Source: Acetatifactor sp.
GTDB taxonomy: Bacteria; Bacillota; Clostridia; Lachnospirales; Lachnospiraceae
Length of the DNA stretch: 32,000 nt
Direction of reading: 5' to 3'
NCBI GenBank assembly: GCA_016290775.1
Contig: JAEEVF010000006.1
Coordinates: 51,990 to 83,989, forward strand
Of the stretch, positions 25,612-32,000 are shown one piece after another. Numbering within the stretch: position 1 is the first letter of the stretch; the number at the start of each line of letters is the position of its first letter. Both the position numbers and the translations under genes were made by a program. Below the pieces are notes generated by a model that was not told the origin of the DNA, did not search any database, and saw nothing but the letters and a program-made list of their open reading frames with translations.

Positions 25612-26676
25612 ATGGATACAAAAATCGTCAGATTAAGTGAAGGGAATAATGATGAAACGGCACTTCGCGAGGCCGGAGAAATCCTAAAAAGCGGCGGTCT
25701 CGTGGCATTTCCGACGGAGACGGTCTATGGGCTCGGCGGCGATGCCCTAAACCCCGACTCCTCCAAAAAGATCTATGCCGCAAAGGGAAGGCCCTCGGAC
25801 AATCCTTTGATTGTGCACCTTTATCGGACGGAGGATCTTTACCGCGTGGCGAAGGAAGTGCCGGAGGAGGCACTGAAGCTGGCGGAGGCTTTCTGGCCGG
25901 GGCCTCTTACCATGATCCTTCCAAAGAGCGACCTTGTGCCAAAGGAAACCACGGGAGGGCTTGACACGGTGGCAGTCCGCCTGCCATCGCACGTCGGTGC
26001 GCGAAAGATGATCGAATATGCGGGCGGCTTTGTCGCTGCGCCCAGCGCAAACCTTTCCGGAAAGCCCAGTCCTACCTTGGCAAAATATGTGATCGAAGAC
26101 ATGCAGGGGCGTGTCGACATGATCTTGGACGACGGAGAAGTGGGCATCGGCCTTGAATCCACGATCGTTGATTTGACGGTGGATCCGCCGCAGGTGCTCC
26201 GGCCCGGATATATTACAAAAGAAATGCTCACCGAGGTACTCGGCCGCGTGGAAAACGACGCAACGCTCTTTTCCGTGTCGGGAAAGACGGCGCCCAGGGC
26301 CCCGGGAATGAAATATCGTCACTATGCGCCCAAGGGTGATCTTGTGATCGTGCGAGGCGAGAGCGAGCGCGTTGCGGCTTTTGTAAATGAAAAGCTCCGT
26401 GAAGCGAGGCGCGCGGGAGAAAAGACTGGCGTCATCGCGGCGCAGGAGACGTCGAAGCTTTATGATGCAGACGTGGTAAAGACCATCGGAAAGCGCAGGG
26501 ACGAGGAAGTGATCGCAAAAAGGCTTTACGGGATCCTGCGGGAATTTGACGATGAGAACGTCGGGAAGATCTTCTCGGAAAGCTTTGGAGAAGAGAGCGA
26601 TGAAAAAGGCGGCCTCGGACAGGCCATCATGAACAGGCTTCTTAAGGCCGCGGGCCATCAGGTCATTGAAGTTTAG
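25612..26676 (+). CDS. tsaC: L-threonylcarbamoyladenylate synthase (Sua5/YwlC/TsaC family, with C-terminal Sua5 domain)
   Basis: GGLVAFPTETVYGLGGDA, KIYAAKGRPSDNPLIVH, FWPGPLTMIL and PSANLSGKPSPT are the YrdC/Sua5 blocks. The start is uncertain (ATG 25612 preferred; 25570 possible). Confidence 0.9.
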   Translation: MDTKIVRLSEGNNDETALREAGEILKSGGLVAFPTETVYGLGGDALNPDSSKKIYAAKGRPSDNPLIVHLYRTEDLYRVAKEVPEEALKLAEAFWPGPLTMILPKSDLVPKETTGGLDTVAVRLPSHVGARKMIEYAGGFVAAPSANLSGKPSPTLAKYVIEDMQGRVDMILDDGEVGIGLESTIVDLTVDPPQVLRPGYITKEMLTEVLGRVENDATLFSVSGKTAPRAPGMKYRHYAPKGDLVIVRGESERVAAFVNEKLREARRAGEKTGVIAAQETSKLYDADVVKTIGKRRDEEVIAKRLYGILREFDDENVGKIFSESFGEESDEKGGLGQAIMNRLLKAAGHQVIEV

Positions 26677-26755
26677 GATGCATCGGAATAATGCAAAATG
26701 CGCGACGCTTTTGGCGAAGCGAAAAAATATGGAGCAAAATGGGAGGCATAAAACT

Positions 26756-27199
26756 ATGATAGCGATCGGAAGTGATCACGGCGGTTTTGACCTGAAGGAA
26801 CTGATCCAGAAGCACCTTCAGGAAAAGGGGTATGAAGTGAAGGACTTTGGATGTTTTGACAAGTCCAGCGTGGATTATCCGGATTTCGGCGCGGCGGCTG
26901 CGAGGGCCGTTTCGTCAGGGGAGTGTGAACGCGGCATCGTGGTCTGCACCACGGGCATCGGAATCAGCATGGTGGCAAACAAGGTGAAGGGAATCCGCTG
27001 CGCACTCTGCTCGGACACCCTTTCCGCAAAGATGACAAGACTTCACAATGATGCGAACATGCTCGCGCTCGGCGGCGGCATGCTTGGTCCGAACCTGGCA
27101 ATCGACATTGTGGACACGTTCCTTGAAACACCTTTCTCGGGTGAGGAAAAGCACGCAAGAAGAATCCGCAAGATCGCGCAAGTCGAAGAAGAAAACTAA
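26756..27199 (+). CDS. rpiB: Ribose-5-phosphate isomerase B
   Basis: MIAIGSDHGGFDLKE...VVCTTGIGISMVANK...LALGG are RpiB/LacAB motifs. GGGAGG lies 9 nt before ATG 26756; the ORF-track start at 26666 overlaps tsaC and lacks an SD. Confidence 0.92.
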   Translation: MIAIGSDHGGFDLKELIQKHLQEKGYEVKDFGCFDKSSVDYPDFGAAAARAVSSGECERGIVVCTTGIGISMVANKVKGIRCALCSDTLSAKMTRLHNDANMLALGGGMLGPNLAIDIVDTFLETPFSGEEKHARRIRKIAQVEEEN

Positions 27200-27229
27200 A
27201 TAACGCAAGGATATAAGGAGGAAGCAGTC

Positions 27230-27859
27230 ATGTCAAAGGTTGTGATCATGGATCATCCGCTGATCCAGCATAAGATTGGATTTATCAGGAGAATGGAGAC
27301 CGGTACCAAGGATTTCAGACAGACCATCGGCGAGATTGCAATGCTGATCTGCTATGAAGCCACCAGAGACTTAAAGCTTGATGAGGTGGAGATCGAAACG
27401 CCCATCTGCAAGACGACCGTAAAGGAGTTAAAGGGCAAGAAGATGGCCATCATTCCCATCCTCCGCGCAGGACTTGGCATGGTGGACGGCATGCTCAGCC
27501 TGATCCCTGCCGCAAAGGTTGGTCACATTGGACTTTATCGTGACCCCGCAACTCTGGCTCCTGTAGAATATTATTGCAAGCTCCCTGCAGACTGTGCAGA
27601 GAGAGAGGTGTTCGTGGTTGACCCGATGCTGGCAACCGGCGGATCTTCCGTGGCAGCCATCCAGATGCTGAAGGACAAGGGTTGCAAGAGCATCCATTTT
27701 ATGTGCATCATCGCAGCACCTGAAGGCATTAAAAAGATGCAGGAGGCCCATCCCGACGTAGACCTGTACGTTGGCGCCCTCGACGAGAAGCTCAACGATC
27801 ACGGCTACATAGTACCCGGCCTCGGTGACGCAGGCGATAGGATCTTCGGTACTAAATAA
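27230..27859 (+). CDS. upp: Uracil phosphoribosyltransferase
   Basis: [20 protein letters not shown]...ILRAGLGM...[11 protein letters not shown]...[17 protein letters not shown] is the canonical Upp sequence. Confidence 0.95.
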   Translation: MSKVVIMDHPLIQHKIGFIRRMETGTKDFRQTIGEIAMLICYEATRDLKLDEVEIETPICKTTVKELKGKKMAIIPILRAGLGMVDGMLSLIPAAKVGHIGLYRDPATLAPVEYYCKLPADCAEREVFVVDPMLATGGSSVAAIQMLKDKGCKSIHFMCIIAAPEGIKKMQEAHPDVDLYVGALDEKLNDHGYIVPGLGDAGDRIFGTK

Positions 27860-27904
27860 AGCTGAATAAGATGAATCGCTTGATGATTGGCTTGTTTCGT
27901 AAAC

Positions 27905-28115
27905 AATGTAAGTGACTGCCGGAGAACCCCTCCGGGAACAATTAGCCGGCAGCACTTAGCGAGCCCAGGACCGAAAAGCCGCAGGATGCAATTTGAAATT
28001 GCAGACAAGGCTTTGAATGAGGGCCGCAGGGGAGCTTAGTGCAGTCCGAGCCGTTCCAAGAGGGGTTACTCCCGCAGGCACGCCCCTTAGCAAATGAAAC
28101 AAAATTACTTGCAGA
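27905..28115 (+). ncRNA. Candidate structured RNA or 5' leader in the upp-comEB spacer (class unknown; boundaries approximate)
   Basis: A 264-nt spacer noticeably more GC-rich than other intergenic regions here, with no credible ORF. Hairpins: AAGTGaCTGCCGG/CCGGCAGCACTT (27910-27957), with a competing CCGGAG-aaccc-CTCCGG; TGCAATTT-gaa-AAATTGCA (27986-28004), nested in AAGCC/GGCTT. CCGCAGG occurs three times, at 27979, 28024 and 28072. Confidence 0.3.
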
Positions 28116-28123
28116 GGTAGAAT

Positions 28124-28609
28124 ATGTCAAACAAACGAGAAGATTATATCAGCTGGGACGAGTATTTTATGGGCGTGGCGCACCTTTCCGGCATGCGCTC
28201 CAAAGACCCCAACACCCAGGTCGGCGCCTGCATCGTCAGCAGCGCCAATAAAATCTTGTCCATGGGCTACAACGGATTCCCCTGTGGCTGCGCGGACGAG
28301 GACTTCCCCTGGGCCCGCGAAGGCGAACAGCTTGACACCAAGTACCCCTACGTGACCCATGCGGAGCTCAACGCCATTTTGAATTACCGCGGCGGCTCGC
28401 TCGAAGGAACGAAGCTTTACGTGAGCCTCTTCCCCTGCAATGAATGCGCGAAAGCCATCATTCAGTCGGGTATTAAGACGGTGGTATATGACAGCGACAA
28501 GTACGAAGGAACCCCTTCGAACAAGGCCGCAAAGCGCATGTTCGCGGCAGCAGGCGTGGCCTACGTGCCCTACAGCCGCACGGGTAGACAGGTACATATA
28601 GAGGTTTAA
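28124..28609 (+). CDS. comEB: dCMP deaminase (ComEB-type cytidine/deoxycytidylate deaminase)
   Basis: YISWDEYFMGVAHLSGMRSKDPNTQVGACIV, the zinc motifs HAELNA and PCNECAK, and a length of 161 aa. Confidence 0.9.
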   Translation: MSNKREDYISWDEYFMGVAHLSGMRSKDPNTQVGACIVSSANKILSMGYNGFPCGCADEDFPWAREGEQLDTKYPYVTHAELNAILNYRGGSLEGTKLYVSLFPCNECAKAIIQSGIKTVVYDSDKYEGTPSNKAAKRMFAAAGVAYVPYSRTGRQVHIEV

Positions 28610-28680
28610 TGACATGGCATTGGAATGCCACGAACCGGCAATCAGCTCATAGGATTGCCTTTGACGGAAACAAAGGGATT

Positions 28681-29847
28681 ATGAAAAAACGAAACATATT
28701 TTTAGTCATCTGCATCGTTCTGCTATTAGCGGGGGTTGTACCCTCGCCGCTTGGCGTACAGAAGATCCAGGCAAAGTCCCTTCGCGAACAGATCCGGGAC
28801 AAGCAAAAGGAAAAGGACCTTCTGAAAAACCAGCTCGATGAGCAAAAGGGCGAGGTGAAGGGCCTCAAGAACGAGAAGACTTCCCTGCAGGACGAGATGG
28901 CTGACCTGAACGACAGCATGCTGGAAGCCTGCGCGCGCTACGTGGACCTGCAAGGCCAGATCGAGGATAAGACGCAGGAGATCGAGGACAACCAGGCGGC
29001 ACTTGCGGATGCCATCGTGAGGGAGCAACAACAACAGGAGGACATGGAGATCCGTGCCCGCAAGATGTACGAGCGCAACTCCGCGGACTATGTGACAAGC
29101 CTTTTGCAGGCGGGAAGCTTTGGTGAGCTATTAAACCTTGCGACCTGGTTTGAACGCGTGGAGACCTATGACAAGGAGCGCCTTCAGGATTATCAAGACG
29201 CACACGCAAACATCGTGCGCATCGAAGAGGAGCTTGAGGCACAAAAGGCGGAGCTGGACGGCCTCTTCGAACAGGCGGAGGAAGAGAAGGACAGAATGTC
29301 CGCACTTATCGCGGAGATTTCATCAAAGATCGATGAATATTCCGCCGAGATCAGCAGCGCGGAAAAGCAGGCACTGCTCTATGAGGCGCAGCTCAAGCAA
29401 AGCGAAGCGGACCTGAAGGTGCTGCAAAAGAAACTCGAAGAAGAACTTCGTATTTCCAGGGAAGCGGCGGAAGGCAAGTGGAGAACCATTGACGAAGTGG
29501 TATTCGATGAGGGCGACAGAAAGCTTCTCGCCAACATCATCTACTGTGAGGCCGGCGGCGAGCCCTATGAAGGCAAGGTTGCCGTGGGTGCCGTGGTCAT
29601 CAACCGCGTGCTCAGCAACCGATTCCCGGACACCGTGTACGGCGTGATCTACCAAAAGAACCAGTTCTCGCCCGTGGCCAGCGGACGATATGCACTCGCC
29701 CTGGAAAAGGACAAGGCAACGGCGGCCTGCTACCAGGCGGCGGACGAAGCCATGCAGGGCGTGACCAACGTGGGCGTTTGCGTTTTCTTCCGCACCCCCA
29801 TCAAGGGCCTGACCGGCATCAGCATCGGACATCATATTTTCTATTAA
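28681..29847 (+). CDS. Secreted coiled-coil protein with a C-terminal SleB/CwlJ-type cell-wall hydrolase domain (Hydrolase_2)
   Basis: Signal peptide MKKRNIFLVICIVLLLAGVV. About 250 aa of heptad-rich E/K/Q/L sequence. C-terminus LLANIIYCEAGGEPYEGKVAVGAVVINRVLSNRFPDTVYGVIYQKNQFSP is typical of the SleB family. Confidence 0.8.
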   Translation: MKKRNIFLVICIVLLLAGVVPSPLGVQKIQAKSLREQIRDKQKEKDLLKNQLDEQKGEVKGLKNEKTSLQDEMADLNDSMLEACARYVDLQGQIEDKTQEIEDNQAALADAIVREQQQQEDMEIRARKMYERNSADYVTSLLQAGSFGELLNLATWFERVETYDKERLQDYQDAHANIVRIEEELEAQKAELDGLFEQAEEEKDRMSALIAEISSKIDEYSAEISSAEKQALLYEAQLKQSEADLKVLQKKLEEELRISREAAEGKWRTIDEVVFDEGDRKLLANIIYCEAGGEPYEGKVAVGAVVINRVLSNRFPDTVYGVIYQKNQFSPVASGRYALALEKDKATAACYQAADEAMQGVTNVGVCVFFRTPIKGLTGISIGHHIFY

Positions 29848-29854
29848 TTCCAGA

Positions 29855-29895
29855 CAAAAAAGCGGCATCCCGTGGGATGCCGCTTATTATTTGCG
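29855..29895. terminator. Bidirectional intrinsic terminator (strongest for the minus-strand DUF402 gene)
   Basis: AAAAAA-GCGGCATCC-cgtg-GGATGCCGC-TTATTATTT. The minus strand gives ...GCGGCATCCcacgGGATGCCGCTTTTTTG. Confidence 0.75.
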
Positions 29896-29904
29896 CTTAC
29901 GATG

Positions 29905-30384
29905 CTACAGCCCCAGCTGTTCCAGGGGGCTTTGCAATTTTTCAAATTTGTCGCGGTAGATGACGGTGAGAAGTTCATTCAGGCGCCTTAAGGCTTCGGA
30001 AAGCATTGCGGGCGTGATGAGGCCTTCGTCCAGAGCATCTGCCATTTCATCGAGGTCCACGACCTTCATGTGGCCGTCGGGGAAGATGATCACGTCGGCG
30101 AGAAGGTCCGTGACCGTAAGGGTTTCATTTGCCTCGTCGAAATCATAGTCTACGATGTCGCAATACCAGTAAAGTAAGGAGTTGTCGTGGCGATAGAACT
30201 TACTTACCTTGATGCCCTGCTTCAGGTAGTAGATCGAACAGCCGTGAGAAAACTCCATCTTGGGATTGAGCGTATCCCAGGTGGTGACGATCATTTCATC
30301 GTCCCTGCGAACAATCTTGTCATCCTTTAAGAACTTGCATTCCTGCGGGATGATGCGTTTCCGATAGAGCTTTAAGGATTCCAT
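29905..30384 (-). CDS. DUF402 family protein (FomD/Ntdp-like nucleoside di-/triphosphatase family)
   Basis: LKLYRKRIIP...YWYCDIVDYDFDE...VTDLLADVIIFPDGHMKVVDLDE is the typical DUF402 core. GGGAGG lies 9 nt before ATG 30384. Confidence 0.85.
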   Translation of the reverse strand: MESLKLYRKRIIPQECKFLKDDKIVRRDDEMIVTTWDTLNPKMEFSHGCSIYYLKQGIKVSKFYRHDNSLLYWYCDIVDYDFDEANETLTVTDLLADVIIFPDGHMKVVDLDEMADALDEGLITPAMLSEALRRLNELLTVIYRDKFEKLQSPLEQLGL

Positions 30385-30522
30385 GTCTGTCAACCTCCCA
30401 TTCGCGTGGCGTTACCCCAAAGCCGCCGCGTCTTTTATGTGTTACAGTTTACCCCCTCTTTTGTGCTCCGTCAATCGACTTCGGCTATTTAAAAATTTTT
30501 CTTCAATTTCTAATACTTTTCC

Positions 30523-30551
30523 TAGACATTTCACAAGAATTCAAGTATAAT
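30523..30551 (+). promoter_or_regulatory. Candidate sigma-A promoter of the atp operon
   Basis: TAGACA (30523-30528), 17 nt, TATAAT (30546-30551). Confidence 0.5.
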
Positions 30552-30629
30552 GCTATGTGGTGTTTTTTGTCTTTCGCGTCTGAAGGGACCCTTCAGATGG
30601 TGAGAACCGAAGGTGACGGGAGGCCGAAC

Positions 30630-30899
30630 GTGAAGCATGAAAAGCCTTATGACAAAAGCGTTTTCAGATCGCTGACGCTGATCACGCAGTTCGGGATCAA
30701 CATGTTGGTACCGATCGCGTTGATGACGGCGCTCGGGATTTTCCTGGATCAAAAGTTTGAAACAGGCTGGATCACCATCGTTTTGTTTTTTGTGGGTGCC
30801 ATCGCGGGCGGTCAGAACGTTTGGCGCATGGCCAAGAAGGGTTTGGGAGACAATGAACGATCAAAACACGCTCCTGGAGAAGCTAAGAAAGAAGAATAG
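30630..30899 (+). CDS. AtpZ-type small membrane protein (ATPase_gene1 family) preceding atpI
   Basis: FRSLTLITQFGINMLVPIALMTALGIFLDQKF...IVLFFVGAIAGGQNVWRMAKK is the two-TM AtpZ pattern. The GTG 30630 start is preferred because GGGAGG lies 6 nt upstream. The in-frame ATG 30597 is an alternative, but its SD-like GAAGGG is locked in a perfect 7-bp hairpin. Confidence 0.65.
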   Translation: MKHEKPYDKSVFRSLTLITQFGINMLVPIALMTALGIFLDQKFETGWITIVLFFVGAIAGGQNVWRMAKKGLGDNERSKHAPGEAKKEE

Positions 30900-31311
30900 G
30901 ACGGTTCTGGAGATGGAGCTCGGCATCATTGCGCTGGGGATCCTCTTTCAGCTGGGATCAGTTTTCTTTCCGGGCAGCAGGCTTGAAAGAGCGGTGAGCT
31001 TGCTCCTTGGAAGCGTTCTTGCGGGAGTGGCCGTGCTGCACATGTACCACACCCTCGACCGCGCGCTGGACCTTGATGCGGGCGACGCGCAAAAGGCGAT
31101 CTACAAGGGCTATGTCCTGCGATATGTTTTTTTCGCATTGGTGCTGGTGCTCTCGGCCCTGACGGGGTGGCTTAACCCCTTACTCATCTTTCTTGGGTAT
31201 ATGACTTTGAAGTTTACGGCATATCTTCAGCCATTGACGCACAAGTTGTGCAATAGAATCTTTCACGAAACGGATCCCGATCCGCTTCCGGAAGAGGAGG
31301 TGACAGAGTAA
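30853..31311 (+). CDS. atpI: ATP synthase protein I (AtpI)
   Basis: A 152-aa hydrophobic protein immediately upstream of, and abutting, atpB (stop TAA 31309-31311, atpB ATG 31312). Membrane topology and position are typical of AtpI. It overlaps the atpZ 3' end by 47 nt in another frame. Confidence 0.7.
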   Translation: MNDQNTLLEKLRKKNRTVLEMELGIIALGILFQLGSVFFPGSRLERAVSLLLGSVLAGVAVLHMYHTLDRALDLDAGDAQKAIYKGYVLRYVFFALVLVLSALTGWLNPLLIFLGYMTLKFTAYLQPLTHKLCNRIFHETDPDPLPEEEVTE

Positions 31312-32000
31312 ATGCAGTTTATGGTATTAGCGTCAGACAGTGCAGTCGACGTCATGGCGCATGGTATCTTTAAGTATTCTTTCTTCGGGCATGAGGCGTG
31401 GATCACCACGACGCACGTCAGCATCTTTTTCGTGATGCTGATCCTGATCGCATTTTCGATCATCGGCGGCATCGTGATCCGTAAGGGCGCCGAGGTGCCG
31501 GGAACCTTCCAGAACATTGTGGAGCTCATCGTGGAAAAGCTCGACGGCATGGTGGAAGGCACCATGGGTCGGAACGCGGTGAAATATCGCAATTACATCA
31601 GTACGATCTTCATTTTCATATTATTCAGCAACATTTCGGGACTTTTGGGGCTTCGTCCCCCGACTGCGGATTACGGCGTGACGCTTCCGCTGGGCATTGT
31701 GACCTTCACCTTGATCAGGTTCAACCAGTTCAAGTATCACAAGCCAAAGGAGATCTGGGCCGACATGTGTTCGCCCCTGCCGCCCTGGCTGCCGATCTGG
31801 TTCCCGATCAACGTGATCAGTGAACTGGCCGTGCCGATCTCGCTGTCGCTCCGTCTTTTCGCAAACGTGCTTTCCGGAACCATCATGATGGCTCTGGTGT
31901 ACGGACTTCTGAAGTGGTTTGCGGCGGTTTGGCCTGCGGCGCTCCACGTGTACTTCGATCTGTTCTCCGGTGCCATCCAGACCTACGTGTTCTGTATGCT
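31312..32000 (+). CDS. atpB: F0F1 ATP synthase subunit a, 5' part (runs off the window)
   Basis: My own translation from ATG 31312: MQFMVLASDS...NISGLLGLRPPTADYGVTLPLG...VPISLSLRLFANVLSGTIMM. This contains the conserved a-subunit Arg motif (LSLRLFxN). There is no stop before nt 32000, so the ORF track does not list it. Confidence 0.9.
   Translation, partial: MQFMVLASDSAVDVMAHGIFKYSFFGHEAWITTTHVSIFFVMLILIAFSIIGGIVIRKGAEVPGTFQNIVELIVEKLDGMVEGTMGRNAVKYRNYISTIFIFILFSNISGLLGLRPPTADYGVTLPLGIVTFTLIRFNQFKYHKPKEIWADMCSPLPPWLPIWFPINVISELAVPISLSLRLFANVLSGTIMMALVYGLLKWFAAVWPAALHVYFDLFSGAIQTYVFCM

Noticed and set aside
28050-28070. PyrR binding loop in the upp-comEB spacer
   Set aside because: GTTCCAAGAGGGGTT only loosely resembles the PyrR consensus (A/G)UCCAGAGAGGC(U/C). 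It needs a deletion and several substitutions, which is not enough for a call.
27860-28123. Known housekeeping RNAs (SRP/4.5S, 6S, RNase P, tmRNA) in this spacer and in 22025-22750
   Set aside because: I found none of the following:
- an SRP domain IV motif (GGAAGCAGCC-type)
- a GAGGAAAGTCC P4 element in the proper context; the GGAGGCAAAGTCCG at 22664 is only ~30 nt from a gene start
- a tmRNA tRNA-like end

A 6S-like rod could not be demonstrated by eye.
5711-28680. Upstream-extended start codons proposed by the ORF track (e.g. 5711, 9798, 11853, 17300, 22024, 22709, 25423, 25570, 26666, 28609)
   Set aside because: In each case an internal ATG/GTG is preceded by a good SD and matches the conserved N-terminus or signal peptide of the family. 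The extensions lack an SD or overlap the neighbouring gene or promoter.
1-32000. CRISPR arrays, IS elements or transposases, integrases, prophage or defence-system genes, tRNA/rRNA genes
   Set aside because: I saw none of the following:
- regularly spaced direct repeats
- DDE/tyrosine/serine recombinase-like ORFs
- tRNA T-arm (GGTTCGAATCC-like) sequences
- nuclease/ATPase/methylase-type defence signatures

The gene content is housekeeping and syntenic with other Firmicutes.

Overview
All calls were made by eye from the sequence and the ORF track; no searches were run.

The window looks like chromosomal core DNA of a Firmicutes/Clostridia-type anaerobe, roughly 50% GC. Three gene strings match Bacillus/Clostridium order: rpsF-ssb-rpsR, gdpP-rplI-dnaB, and tsaC(sua5)-rpiB-upp ... 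atpZ-atpI-atpB. Other genes fit the same lifestyle:
- a pyruvate formate-lyase (PFL) locus with pflA and a ferredoxin
- mecA
- spore/cell-wall type hydrolases (GH18 SleL/YaaH-like, SleB-like)
- an SPKTG sortase substrate
- a TrkA-type RCK protein coupled to a CPA1 antiporter
- an S66 LD-carboxypeptidase
- two large secreted glycan-active-looking proteins at the left edge

I count about 29 credible protein genes. I saw no rRNA, tRNA, CRISPR array, transposase, integrase or recognisable defence gene. Most long ORFs on the opposite strand of these genes are antisense shadows.

The main finding is that the PFL gene is cleanly divided into three cistrons, each with its own Shine-Dalgarno (SD) sequence:
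- a 679-aa catalytic core that stops about 54 residues before the glycyl-radical site
- a 68-aa Cys-containing mini-protein whose N-terminus copies the start of the glycyl-radical domain but lacks the RVSGY motif
- a free-standing 80-aa glycyl-radical domain (GrcA-like)

Secondary leads:
- a MetRS-family enzyme with an intact HIGH motif but KMSKS degenerated to KASSS, co-transcribed with an uncharacterised Cys-rich protein and sitting between rpsR and gdpP
- a 264-nt GC-rich, hairpin-dense spacer between upp and the dCMP deaminase gene (candidate structured RNA)
- a ~0.7-kb gene-less region that begins with a near-consensus promoter (22025-22750)
- the translationally coupled TrkA-CPA1 pair
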